Below the pieces are notes generated by a model. That model saw only the letters and a program-made list of their open reading frames with translations, had not been told where the DNA came from and did not search any database. A stretch of DNA of 64,000 nt. Source: an uncultured bacterium. GTDB taxonomy: Bacteria > Eisenbacteria > RBG-16-71-46. Numbering within the stretch: position 1 is the stretch's first letter; each line of letters starts with the position of its first letter. The translations under genes were made by a program, and so were the position numbers. The DNA lies in contig CAZSQX010000001.1 in NCBI GenBank assembly GCA_964609125.1, forward strand, positions 54,459 through 118,458. Reading direction: 5' to 3'. Positions 1 through 8,560 of this stretch are shown piece after piece.

Positions 1-873
1 ACGGTGGAGCTGGCGCGATCCGGCCGCGTGCTCCTCGGGGACCCGGCGGTGCTCGCCGGGCTGCCGCGCTGGGCGCCGGCCGACATCGGGATCGAGGAGC
101 GGCGGCTGCTGCTGGAGAACCGCGCGTTCGAGCTGCTGTGGGCGCACCTCACGTGGGGCCCCGGCCTCTCCGGCCTGCGCGCCCGCCACGCCGTGCACAA
201 GACCGCGCTCGAGCTGGCCGCCTCGCGCACGCTCATGGCCGGGGAGCTGCCGGGCCCGCTCTCGGAACGCGTGGCGCGGGCCCTCGCGCTCGGGGCGCCG
301 GCACGCACGCCGTCGTGGCTCGCCGCGGCTTGGGAGTCGGTCGAGCCGGCCTGGCGCGAGGCGCTCGCCGCGCGCGCCGGGCTCGCGCGAACGGTGGACG
401 AGCCCGCGTTCCGTCGCGAGTGGCAGGCCGTCGTCCGCGCGTGGGCCGTGCTGTGGTGGGCACAGGCCCCCGGCGCGGACCCCGCGTCGGAGCCGTGGGA
501 GCTCGCCGCCGCGTCGGCCGCGCGTGAGCCCCTGCGCCGGCGGCTCCGCCGGGCGCTCGCGCACGCGCCGGGTGAGCCGGGCGCAGGCGCGTCGGCGCGA
601 GAGTCCTCGCGGGACGGCCGGTGGCCGGACGGGCTCGTGGCGCGCCTCGCCCACGCGCTGGCGGGATCCCCCGCGCTCCGCCGGAACGGCTGCGCCGCGG
701 TCCTGCTTCTCGCCGCGGCCCAGTCCGGCGGCGAGCCTCCGCTCCCGCTCGGGGCGCTCCGGGCGCTCCGCCGGCTCGGATGCGGCGGCCCCGGCTCGTT
801 CGCCGGGGCGGCGCGCCTCGTGCTCGCCGCGTGGGGTCGCTCCGTGCCGATCGCGGCGGGGGGGAGGCCGTGA
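1..873 (+). CDS. hypothetical protein, C-terminal portion (5' end lies outside window)
   Basis: The ORF runs off the 5' edge (track 4..873). Its stop TGA at 871-873 overlaps the GTG of the next gene. No motif recognised. Confidence 0.45.
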   Translation, partial: TVELARSGRVLLGDPAVLAGLPRWAPADIGIEERRLLLENRAFELLWAHLTWGPGLSGLRARHAVHKTALELAASRTLMAGELPGPLSERVARALALGAPARTPSWLAAAWESVEPAWREALAARAGLARTVDEPAFRREWQAVVRAWAVLWWAQAPGADPASEPWELAAASAAREPLRRRLRRALAHAPGEPGAGASARESSRDGRWPDGLVARLAHALAGSPALRRNGCAAVLLLAAAQSGGEPPLPLGALRALRRLGCGGPGSFAGAARLVLAAWGRSVPIAAGGRP

Positions 874-2033
874 GGCCCGTGCTCGTCGTGGTGCTGGTGG
901 ACGCGCTCGGCTGGACGCTCGCGCGCTCGCTGCCCGGATTCGCGCCGCGGCTTACCGAGCGGCGGCCGCTCGCGACCATCCTCGGGTTCAGCTCCGGCGC
1001 GCTCCCCACGGCGTTCACCGGCCGCCTGCCGAGCGAGCACGGCCGCTGGCTCATGTACCGGCGCGCCGGCGCGGGCGGCGTGTTCCGCGGCTTCGAGCGG
1101 CTGCGCTGGCTCCCGGGCCGGCTGCGGCGGAGCTGGCGGCTCGGCCGCTGGCTCACGGCGCAGGTCGCGCGCCGCGGCGTGCGGGGCTACTTCGACCTCT
1201 ACGAGGTGCCGCGCGAGGAGCTGGCCGCGTTCGACCTGCCCGAGCGCGCGGACATCTTCGCGCCCGGCGGGCTGCCGGTGGACTCGCTGTGGGACGCGCT
1301 CGAACGCCGCGGGGTGCCGTGGCGCGGCTGGAACTGGCGGCATCCCGAGCCGGACGCGCGCCGCGAGGCGCTCGCGTGCCTCGAGCAGGGGCGCGAGGAC
1401 CTGCTGTTCCTCTACTCGGCGGTGCTCGATGCCCGGCTGCATCGCGAGGGTTCGCGCGGGGCGTCGGTGCGCGAGAGCCTCCAGGAGTGGTCGGAGTGGT
1501 TCGAGCGCGCGCACGCGGCGGCCGCGCGCGCCGGGCGCGAGGCGTGGCTCTACCTGTGCTCGGACCACGGCATGGTGGACGTGGACGCGACGGTGGACGT
1601 GATGGGCCGGCTCGCCGGGCTCCGCTGGCGCCGCGGGCGGGACTACCTCGCGTTCTTCGATTCCACCATGGCGCGCTTCTGGTGGCGCGATCCGGCCGCG
1701 AGGGACGGCGTGCGCGCGGCGCTCGCCTGCGAGCCCGCGGGGCGCTGGCTCGCGCGCGAGGACCTGGCGCGCGAGGGGGCCGACTTCGCGGACGACCGCT
1801 ACGGCGAGGACGTGTTCCTGCTGCGGCCGGGGGCGCTGATGCTGCCTTCGTTCATGGGCAGGGACCGGGTGGCCGCGATGCACGGCTACGACCCGGCGCA
1901 CGCGGACATGCCGGGGCTGCTCGCCTCCAATCGCGCGCTCCCGGACGGCGTCACGCACCTGGCGCACCTGCGCGGGTTCCTCGAGCGCGAGCTGGACGCG
2001 AGCCGTGCCGCGGCGCGGACGGGTGCGGCGTGA
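870..2033 (+). CDS. alkaline-phosphatase-superfamily protein (type I phosphodiesterase / nucleotide pyrophosphatase-like), soluble
   Basis: An in-frame GTG at 870 inside ORF 621..2033 forms a GTGA overlap with the upstream stop. The N-terminus VLVVVLVDALGW... resembles the metal-binding start of AP-superfamily enzymes. Sequence upstream of 870 in this frame is Arg/Pro-rich junk. Confidence 0.7.
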   Translation: MRPVLVVVLVDALGWTLARSLPGFAPRLTERRPLATILGFSSGALPTAFTGRLPSEHGRWLMYRRAGAGGVFRGFERLRWLPGRLRRSWRLGRWLTAQVARRGVRGYFDLYEVPREELAAFDLPERADIFAPGGLPVDSLWDALERRGVPWRGWNWRHPEPDARREALACLEQGREDLLFLYSAVLDARLHREGSRGASVRESLQEWSEWFERAHAAAARAGREAWLYLCSDHGMVDVDATVDVMGRLAGLRWRRGRDYLAFFDSTMARFWWRDPAARDGVRAALACEPAGRWLAREDLAREGADFADDRYGEDVFLLRPGALMLPSFMGRDRVAAMHGYDPAHADMPGLLASNRALPDGVTHLAHLRGFLERELDASRAAARTGAA

Positions 2034-3625
2034 AGCGGGGCGAGATCGCGCAGCACGTCACGCGCGGGGCGTTCTACCTCGCGGCCGAGAAGACCGCGGC
2101 GCTGGCGTCGGGGATGCTCTACTTCGCGCTCATGCTGCGCTGGCTGGGCCCCACGAACTACGGGATGCTCACGCTCGCGCTCGCCATCACCGGGCTCGCC
2201 ACGATCACGACCGGGAACCTGGAGATGTTCCTGGAGCGCTTCGCCGCGGAGTACCAGGCCCGGGGGCGCTTCGACCTGCTCCGCCGCGCCCACTTGCTGG
2301 CGGTGGGCGTCAAGCTCGGGCTCGGCGCCTTGGCGAGCCTGGCGCTTCTGCTGCTCGCGCCGGCGCTCGCCGTCCAGTTCGACATGCCGCCGCTCGCCGT
2401 CCTGTTGCCCATCCTCGCGCTCACGGTGGCGACCGACGGGCTGGCCACGACCGGCCGCTCGCTGCTCTTCGGCCTGCAGCGCTACGAGTGGGTGAGCGGT
2501 CTCTCGGTCCTCTTCCACCTCCTCAAGACCGTGATGGTCGGACTGCTGTGGTGGAGCCAGCAGGGCCTGGCCTCGCTCGCGGTCGGCCTCGCGGCGCTGG
2601 CGGTCGTGCAGGCGGTGGCGGTCACGGGCGCGGCCTGGACCGTGGCGCGACGCGCGGCCGCAGCCTCGGGCGCGGGCCCCGGCGCCGCCGGTCCGGAGCC
2701 GGGGCCCGGCATGCTGCGGCAGATGCTCGGCTACTGCGTGCCGCTGCTCGGGGCGCGTGCGGCGTTCCTGTCCGGTCAGAACCTGGGCAAGGTCCTGCTC
2801 GCGAAGGTGCTCGACGCCACGCATCTCGGCTACTACACGTTCGCGTTCCAGACCATCGAGCGGTTCGTGGAGCTGGCCTACACGGTGCCCTCATCGCTGC
2901 TGCCCTCGCTCACGCACCTGGTCACGCGCGAGGAGCGCGAGCGGCTGGGCTACGTGTTCGACCAGGCGTTCCGGCTGGTGCAGGTCGTGGCGTGCGCCGT
3001 GGCCTGGACGCTGTTCTCGTTCGCGCCCGAGCTCACGCTGTTCGTCGGGAGCCCGCTGTTCCTGCCCTCCATCGGGATCCTGCACGTCCTGGCGCTGGTG
3101 CCGATCGCGCGCACCGCGCAGCAGCCGCTCACCATGCTGTTCCAGGCCACGCGCCGGCCGGGCCTCGTGCTGGCGCTGTCGCTTCTCAAGCTGGGCGTGG
3201 AGCTGGCGTGCTATCTGGCGATCGTGCCGCGGTTCGGGAGCCTCGGCGCGGCGTGGGCGAACCTGGCGGGCGCGATGGTGTCCTACGTCGCGGCGCTCGG
3301 CTTCGCCGCCGTCGTGCTGCCGGAGACGGCCGCGGCCCGCACCTCGGTGGTGACGCGCGCGCTGCTGCTCGTGCTGCCGACGCTCGGGCTCGCCTGGCTG
3401 CTGCTGCCGGAGGGCGCCCCGAGCGCGGGTTCGCTGCTCGCGCGTCTGCTGCTCGTGCTGCCCGCGTCGATCGCCCTGTTCCCGCTCCAGCTGGTGACCC
3501 GCTACGATCTCGAGAAGCTGTCCGGGCTGAGGCTGCGCATGGCGTTCGCCCGGCGGCTGCGTGACCTGGTCGTGCGGGCGGCGGATCCGCTCGCCCGTCT
3601 GTTCGGGCCCCGGAGGACCGCGTGA
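2030..3625 (+). CDS. wzx: Wzx-type (MOP superfamily) oligosaccharide/polysaccharide flippase
   Basis: GTG at 2030 overlaps the upstream stop (GTGA). The N-terminus YLAAEKTAALASGMLYFALMLRWLGPTNYG is the usual Wzx start. Many hydrophobic helices are visible over about 530 aa. Confidence 0.75.
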   Translation: MKRGEIAQHVTRGAFYLAAEKTAALASGMLYFALMLRWLGPTNYGMLTLALAITGLATITTGNLEMFLERFAAEYQARGRFDLLRRAHLLAVGVKLGLGALASLALLLLAPALAVQFDMPPLAVLLPILALTVATDGLATTGRSLLFGLQRYEWVSGLSVLFHLLKTVMVGLLWWSQQGLASLAVGLAALAVVQAVAVTGAAWTVARRAAAASGAGPGAAGPEPGPGMLRQMLGYCVPLLGARAAFLSGQNLGKVLLAKVLDATHLGYYTFAFQTIERFVELAYTVPSSLLPSLTHLVTREERERLGYVFDQAFRLVQVVACAVAWTLFSFAPELTLFVGSPLFLPSIGILHVLALVPIARTAQQPLTMLFQATRRPGLVLALSLLKLGVELACYLAIVPRFGSLGAAWANLAGAMVSYVAALGFAAVVLPETAAARTSVVTRALLLVLPTLGLAWLLLPEGAPSAGSLLARLLLVLPASIALFPLQLVTRYDLEKLSGLRLRMAFARRLRDLVVRAADPLARLFGPRRTA

Positions 3626-4326
3626 ACCCCGCGCGAGTGCTCGTCGTGGTGCCGGCGCACAACGAGGAGGAGAGCCTCCCCGGGACGCTGGCCGAGGTCC
3701 GCGCCCGCGCGCCGGGAGTGGAAGTGCTCGTCGTGGACGACGGCTCCCGCGACGACACGGCGCGCGTGGCGCGCGAGGCCGGCGTGGCGGTGGTGCGACA
3801 CCCGGTGAATCTGGGGGTCGGCGGCGCGCTCCAGACCGGGTTCCAGTGGGCGGTGGCGCGCGGCTACGACGTGACCGTGCAGCTCGATGCCGACGGCCAG
3901 CACGATCCCGCCTACCTGTCCGCGCTGGTGACGCCTGTGCTCGCGGGCCGCTGCGACGTGTGCATCGGCTCCCGCTTCGTCTCGGCGACCGGCTACCGTG
4001 CGCCGTGGAACCGCCGCCTCGGCATGCTGCTGTTCAGCGGCGTCGTACGCCTGGCGCTGGGGCGGCCGATCTCCGACACGACGTCGGGCTTCCGCGCCTA
4101 CGGCCGCGCGGTCATGCGGGTGTGCCAGCACGACTTCCCGAAGGACTTCCCGGACGCGCCGCTGCTCATCGCGCTCGCCCGCCGCGGCTTCCGCCTCGAC
4201 GAGGTGCCCGTCGTCATGCGCGAACGCCACGCGGGCCGCTCGTTCTACACGCTCGGCAAGCAGCTCTACTACCCGTACAAGAACCTACTCGCGTCGCTGA
4301 TGGCCCTGATCCGCCGGCCGATCTGA
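3622..4326 (+). CDS. GT2 glycosyltransferase, polyprenol-phosphate hexose synthase-like (Dpm1/ArnC/GtrB/CsbB type)
   Basis: GTG at 3622 in GTGA overlap. Motifs VLVVVPAHNEEESL, VLVVDDGS, QLDADGQH and SRF..TSGFRAY are typical of this family. Confidence 0.8.
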   Translation: MNPARVLVVVPAHNEEESLPGTLAEVRARAPGVEVLVVDDGSRDDTARVAREAGVAVVRHPVNLGVGGALQTGFQWAVARGYDVTVQLDADGQHDPAYLSALVTPVLAGRCDVCIGSRFVSATGYRAPWNRRLGMLLFSGVVRLALGRPISDTTSGFRAYGRAVMRVCQHDFPKDFPDAPLLIALARRGFRLDEVPVVMRERHAGRSFYTLGKQLYYPYKNLLASLMALIRRPI

Positions 4327-4357
4327 CCCCGCCGGACCCGCAAGGAGGAGACCCGCC

Positions 4358-4729
4358 GTGTTCCTGTCCCGAACCCAGCTCATCACCGCGCTCGGCGCGG
4401 TGCTGCTCGTGCTGTTCGTGCTCGACCTGGTCCGCCGGCGCCGCCTGTCCGAGGAGTACTCGCTGCTGTGGGTGATCGCCACCACGGTGATCGCCATCCT
4501 CGGCTTCTCGACCCCTCTGTTGACGTGGATCACGGGCGCGCTCGGGTTCTACGGCGAGTCGTCCACCACGTTCGCTTTCGGGCTCGCGTTCTCTCTCGCG
4601 ATGCTGCTCTACCTGTCGCTCAAGCTGTCGCGGCTGGGCTACGAGAACCACGCGCTCACGCGCGAGCTCGCGCTCCTCCGGCACGAGGTGGAGGGGCTGC
4701 GCGCCGACCGGGAGGGCGCCCCACGGTGA
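4358..4729 (+). CDS. small 3-4 TM membrane protein (DUF2304-like), the usual partner of polyprenol-P-sugar GT2s
   Basis: A 123-aa ORF with hydrophobic helices LITALGAVLLVLFVL, WVIATTVIAILGF and AFGLAFSLAMLLYL and a charged C-terminal tail. It sits directly after the GT2. Confidence 0.6.
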   Translation: MFLSRTQLITALGAVLLVLFVLDLVRRRRLSEEYSLLWVIATTVIAILGFSTPLLTWITGALGFYGESSTTFAFGLAFSLAMLLYLSLKLSRLGYENHALTRELALLRHEVEGLRADREGAPR

Positions 4730-5733
4730 CCCGGGTGCTGCAGCTCCTGCTCGGCGTCGCGGTCTCGGCGCTGTGCGTGTGGCTGTCCATGCGGGACGTG
4801 CGCCTCGGCGAGGTGCTGCACGCCCTGCGCGGGGCGAACGCGGTCGGTTTCGCGCTGGCCATGCTCGTCACGCTGGCGGGCTTCTGGCTGCGCGCGCTGC
4901 GCTGGCGCTACTTCATCCAGGCCGGCCGCCGGCTCCGCATCGGCTCGCTGTTCAGCGCCACCATGATCGGGTTCATGGCGAACAACGTGCTGCCGTTCCG
5001 GCTGGGGGAGTTCGTCCGCCCGTGGGCGCTGGCGCGACGCGAGGGGCTGTCCAAGACCACGCTGTTCGCCACCGTCGTGGTCGAGCGCGCGGTGGACATG
5101 CTGACCCTGCTCGGCATTTTCGGGGTGAGCATGCTCGTCCACCCGATCGCCGAGAACACCGAGGCCGGACGGCTGGTGCAGTGGGGCGCCCGGCTGCTCA
5201 TCGCCTTGTGCGTGGGCCTGACCGTGCTGGTGATCGCGGTCGAGCGCAGCCGGCGCCTGGCGCAGGCGGTGCTCGGGCTCGTCACGGCTCCGCTGCCGGG
5301 GGCGGCACGCGAACGGGCGAGTCAGATGTTCGAGCGGTTCCTCGAGGGGCTGGGGCTGTTCCGCGACCTGCGCCGGCTCGCGATCGTGTTCGCGATCTCG
5401 TTCACGATGCTCCTGTGCTTCGCGTTCGCGCTCGCCGTGAGCCTGTGGTCGCTGGACATCCACCTGCCCTGGTACGCCGGGCTCGTCATGCTCGTGATCA
5501 CGTCCATCGGCATCATGGTGCCGGCCGCGCCGGGCTACATCGGCACGCTCAACATCGCCTGCACGGCGGGGCTGGGGCTGTTCGCCGTGGGAAAGGCGCA
5601 GTCCGTGCCGTTCTCGTGGTTCTACTTCTTCAGCCAGTGGCTTCCGATCACCGCGGTCGGGCTGGTGTTCCTGAACCGCGAGGGCCTCACGCTGCGCGCG
5701 CTCGGACAGGCCGGGCGCGGGGAGACCGCTTGA
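4726..5733 (+). CDS. UPF0104 / lysyl-PG-synthase-TM-like 'flippase-like' membrane protein
   Basis: GTG at 4726 in GTGA overlap. The 335-aa protein is multi-TM and of the TIGR00374-like type (FMANNVLPFRLGEF...VVERAVD). Confidence 0.7.
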   Translation: MTRVLQLLLGVAVSALCVWLSMRDVRLGEVLHALRGANAVGFALAMLVTLAGFWLRALRWRYFIQAGRRLRIGSLFSATMIGFMANNVLPFRLGEFVRPWALARREGLSKTTLFATVVVERAVDMLTLLGIFGVSMLVHPIAENTEAGRLVQWGARLLIALCVGLTVLVIAVERSRRLAQAVLGLVTAPLPGAARERASQMFERFLEGLGLFRDLRRLAIVFAISFTMLLCFAFALAVSLWSLDIHLPWYAGLVMLVITSIGIMVPAAPGYIGTLNIACTAGLGLFAVGKAQSVPFSWFYFFSQWLPITAVGLVFLNREGLTLRALGQAGRGETA

Positions 5734-5735
5734 CT

Positions 5736-6959
5736 CTAGCGCCGATGCGCGGCGGCGATGCGCGCGACCGCGGTCACGACGTCGTCCACGTCGCGGTCGG
5801 TCATGCGCGTGAACAGGGGCAGCGAGATCGCGCGCCGGTACGCGTCCTCGGCCACGGGCAGGCCCGTGGAGGGGAGGCGGAGCCGCCCGCGGAAGTACGG
5901 GTGCTGATGGACCGGGATGAAGTGCACGCTGGTTCCGATGTTCTCGGCGCGCAGCTCCTCGATGAACCGCGCCCGGTCGACGCGGAGGCGCTCGAGCTCG
6001 AGCGCGATCGGGTAGAGGTGCCAGGCATGCGTCACCCCGGGCCGGGCGCGCGGCCGCCGCACCTCGGGGACGGAGGCGAGCCCCGCATCGTAGCGCTCGA
6101 CCAGTTCGTTGCGGCGGCGCTGGCCGGCCTCGAACCGCTCGAGTTGCGCGAGCCCGATCGCGGCCAGCAGGTCCGGGAGGTTGTACTTCCAGCCCGCCGC
6201 GGTGACCTCGTAGTACCAGGAGCCGCCGGCCCCGTAGCGCTTCCAGGCGTCGCGATCCATGCCGTGGAGCGACAGGTTCGCGACGCGCTCGGCCAGCGCC
6301 GCGTCGTCGGTCACGAGCGCGCCACCCTCGCCGGTGGTCAGGTTCTTGGTGGCGTAGAACGAGAACGCGGTGGCGTCGGCGAGCGCGCCGGAGCCCACCG
6401 GCAGCCCGCCGCACGCGGCGCCGAGCGCGTGCGCGGCGTCGTTCACGACGCGGATGCCCCGGTCGCGCGTGACCTCTCGCAGCGCCTCGTACGCGCACGG
6501 ATGCCCGGCGTAGTCCACGCCCAGCACGACGCGCGTGCGGGGGGTCACCGCCTCGGCGACACGGCGGGGGTCCAGGCACAGCGTGTCGGGCTCGATGTCC
6601 ACCAGCACCGGCGTCGCGCGCACGTGCTCGATGACGTTGACGGTGGCGACGAACGTGTACGGGGTGGTGATGACCTCGTCGCCGGGTCCCACGCCGAGCG
6701 CCTCGAGCGCCAGGTGGAGCGCCCCCGTCGCGCTGCTCAGCGCCACCCCGTGCCGCGCGTTCGCGAGCGCCGCGATGCGGCGTGCCAGCTCGAACGCGCG
6801 CGGGCCGGTCGTGATCCAGCCCGAGTCGAGCGTCTCCAGGACGAGCTCGCGCTCGCGCGGCCCGAGGTCCGGGACGGTGAGCGGCAGGAACTCGGCGCGC
6901 ACAGGCGTGCCGCCCTGCGAGGCGAGCCGCGCGGTGGAGCCCGTGGAGGTCGGACGCAC
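5736..6959 (-). CDS. DegT/DnrJ/EryC1/StrS PLP-dependent sugar aminotransferase (ArnB/WecE-like)
   Basis: LPLTVPDLGPRERELV start region. PLP-lysine motif SFYATKNLTTGEGG. The start may be GTG at 6959 or the in-frame GTG at 6902. Confidence 0.85.
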   Translation of the reverse strand: MRPTSTGSTARLASQGGTPVRAEFLPLTVPDLGPRERELVLETLDSGWITTGPRAFELARRIAALANARHGVALSSATGALHLALEALGVGPGDEVITTPYTFVATVNVIEHVRATPVLVDIEPDTLCLDPRRVAEAVTPRTRVVLGVDYAGHPCAYEALREVTRDRGIRVVNDAAHALGAACGGLPVGSGALADATAFSFYATKNLTTGEGGALVTDDAALAERVANLSLHGMDRDAWKRYGAGGSWYYEVTAAGWKYNLPDLLAAIGLAQLERFEAGQRRRNELVERYDAGLASVPEVRRPRARPGVTHAWHLYPIALELERLRVDRARFIEELRAENIGTSVHFIPVHQHPYFRGRLRLPSTGLPVAEDAYRRAISLPLFTRMTDRDVDDVVTAVARIAAAHRR

Positions 6960-7024
6960 GCCGCGCAGTCTAAGCCCGCGGCTCCACGCCGCGCCAACCG
7001 CGGTCGCGCGCGACTGAGCCCCGA

Positions 7025-8560
7025 TTGAACCCCCTGCGCCGGAAGTTCACGCGGGATTCCCTCGGCCTCGCGTTCACGCAGTACCTCGTTCGCGCGATGA
7101 GCATGGCGCGCGGCTTCCTCGCCGCGAAGCTGCTCGACCCCACGTCGTTCGGAGCCTGGAACGCGCTCCAGCTCATGATGGACTACGGCGCGCTCGCGCC
7201 GCTCGGCACGCAGCAGGGCCTCGACCAGCTCGTGCCGTCGCGGCTGGTGGAGCAGGACCCGGAACGGGTCGCCCGGCTCAAGCGCGCGGCGCTGTTCAAC
7301 GTGATCCTGCTCACGCTGCTGTTCAGCGCGTTCGGCCTCGGCTGGGCCTCCGTCGGCAGCAGCCGCATGCGGGACTTCTGGAACCTGTCCGGGCTGTCGC
7401 TCGCGATGGCCTGCGTCCTGCTCGTGAACCTCGCCTACGTCGGCACCAGCATCCTGCGATCGCACGGTGACATCGGCGGCCTCAAGCGCTGGTTCGTGCT
7501 GCAGGGCCTGCTCGGCTCGGGGCTCGGGCTGGTCCTCATGCTGTGGTTCGGGCGCTGGGGCCTGCTGTGGGGCTGGTTCGCCGGGTGCCTGGTGGCGTTC
7601 GTGTTCGTGGTCCATCGCGGCCGGCGCGTGATCCCGCTGTGGCCCGCGGCGGCGACCGACTCCCTCGACCTCGTCCAGGTGGGGCTGCCGCTGTACGTGT
7701 TCAGCGCGAGCAGCATCGTGATGCGCAACCTGGACCGCATCGTCGTCCTGCGCTTCCTCGGCACGCAGGCGCTCGGGTACTACGGCCTGTCCGTGAACGT
7801 GCTCACGCTGCTCATGGCGATCCCCGATTCGCTCGCCTACGTGAGCTATCCGCAGCTGGTGAAGCGGTTCAGCGAGGCGGGCGGCGACCCCGCGGCGATC
7901 CGGGAGCGCGTGGACCGGCTCGTGCGCGGCGTGGCGCTCGGGCTGCCTCTGCTCGCCGGGCTGTGCGCGCTGTGGGCGCGCGACCTGGTGCACGCTCTGC
8001 TGCCGCGCTACGACGCCTGCGTGCCGCCTCTGCAGGTGCTCGCGTTCGGCGCCACGGGCCTCGCGCTCAGCGCGTTCGGCTCGATCGTTCTCATGACCGT
8101 CGGCCGGCGCATCATCCTCGTGCCCGCGGCCGTGTTCCTCAGCGCGCTCTCCGGCGGATTCCAGCTGCTGTCCCTGCGCTGGAGCGGCGGGCTCTCCGGC
8201 GTCGCCGGCGCGGCCTCGTTCGCCTACCTCGTGAGCGGAGCAGTGCTCATGTCGCTGGCGTGGTTCGGCCTGGGCCACGCGGTCCCGCGCATGGCGGGCC
8301 TGCTGGCGCGCTGCCTCGCGCCGACCGCGATCGGCGCGCTCGCGGCCTGGGCTTCGGCCCGCTGGCTGCTCCCGGCGGACGCCGGCGGGTTCACGTGGGC
8401 GCTCCTCGCGCGCCTGGTCGCGGCCTCGGGCGTGTTCGCCGCCGGCTACCTCGTGGCCGTGGCCCCGTTCGCGCGCGGGATCGGCTTCCGGGCGCTCGTG
8501 GCGGAGTGGCGGCTCCCGTTCGCGGGCCGCGGCCCGGTTCCCCCCGAGGAGCCGCGATGA
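7025..8560 (+). CDS. wzx: second Wzx-type MOP flippase
   Basis: The N-terminus FTQYLVRAMSMARGFLAAKLLDPTSFG matches the Wzx consensus start. About 12 TM segments. The first in-frame start is TTG at 7025; ATG at 7097 is an alternative. Confidence 0.7.
   Translation: MNPLRRKFTRDSLGLAFTQYLVRAMSMARGFLAAKLLDPTSFGAWNALQLMMDYGALAPLGTQQGLDQLVPSRLVEQDPERVARLKRAALFNVILLTLLFSAFGLGWASVGSSRMRDFWNLSGLSLAMACVLLVNLAYVGTSILRSHGDIGGLKRWFVLQGLLGSGLGLVLMLWFGRWGLLWGWFAGCLVAFVFVVHRGRRVIPLWPAAATDSLDLVQVGLPLYVFSASSIVMRNLDRIVVLRFLGTQALGYYGLSVNVLTLLMAIPDSLAYVSYPQLVKRFSEAGGDPAAIRERVDRLVRGVALGLPLLAGLCALWARDLVHALLPRYDACVPPLQVLAFGATGLALSAFGSIVLMTVGRRIILVPAAVFLSALSGGFQLLSLRWSGGLSGVAGAASFAYLVSGAVLMSLAWFGLGHAVPRMAGLLARCLAPTAIGALAAWASARWLLPADAGGFTWALLARLVAASGVFAAGYLVAVAPFARGIGFRALVAEWRLPFAGRGPVPPEEPR

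Noticed and set aside
233-1156. Long antisense or alternative-frame ORFs throughout. Examples are 233..1156-, 4639..6579-, 4773..7028+, 6737..8812-, 8446..9666-, 10989..13895-, 11093..13798+, 15109..16353-, 20939..23401+, 37621..40338-, 41572..43242-, 43234..45201+, 49333..51027-, 50984..53806-, 57463..61071+ and 61148..63085-.
   Set aside because: Their translations are Arg/Ala/Gly/Pro-rich low-complexity strings with no motifs. They lie opposite or out of frame to ORFs with clear family signatures, so they are typical GC-rich open-frame artefacts.
524-2030. N-terminal extensions of track ORFs (524..3625, 7543..11088, 16193..19192, 18241..20337, 21467..24145, 23398..25431, 24575..26083, 25291..26994, 27143..28333, 45935..46690, 58321..61449).
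   Set aside because: The extended parts are Arg/Gly-rich junk overlapping well-supported upstream genes. Internal GTG/ATG/TTG starts in 4-nt overlap with the upstream stop, or with an SD, give proteins that begin at the expected family N-termini.
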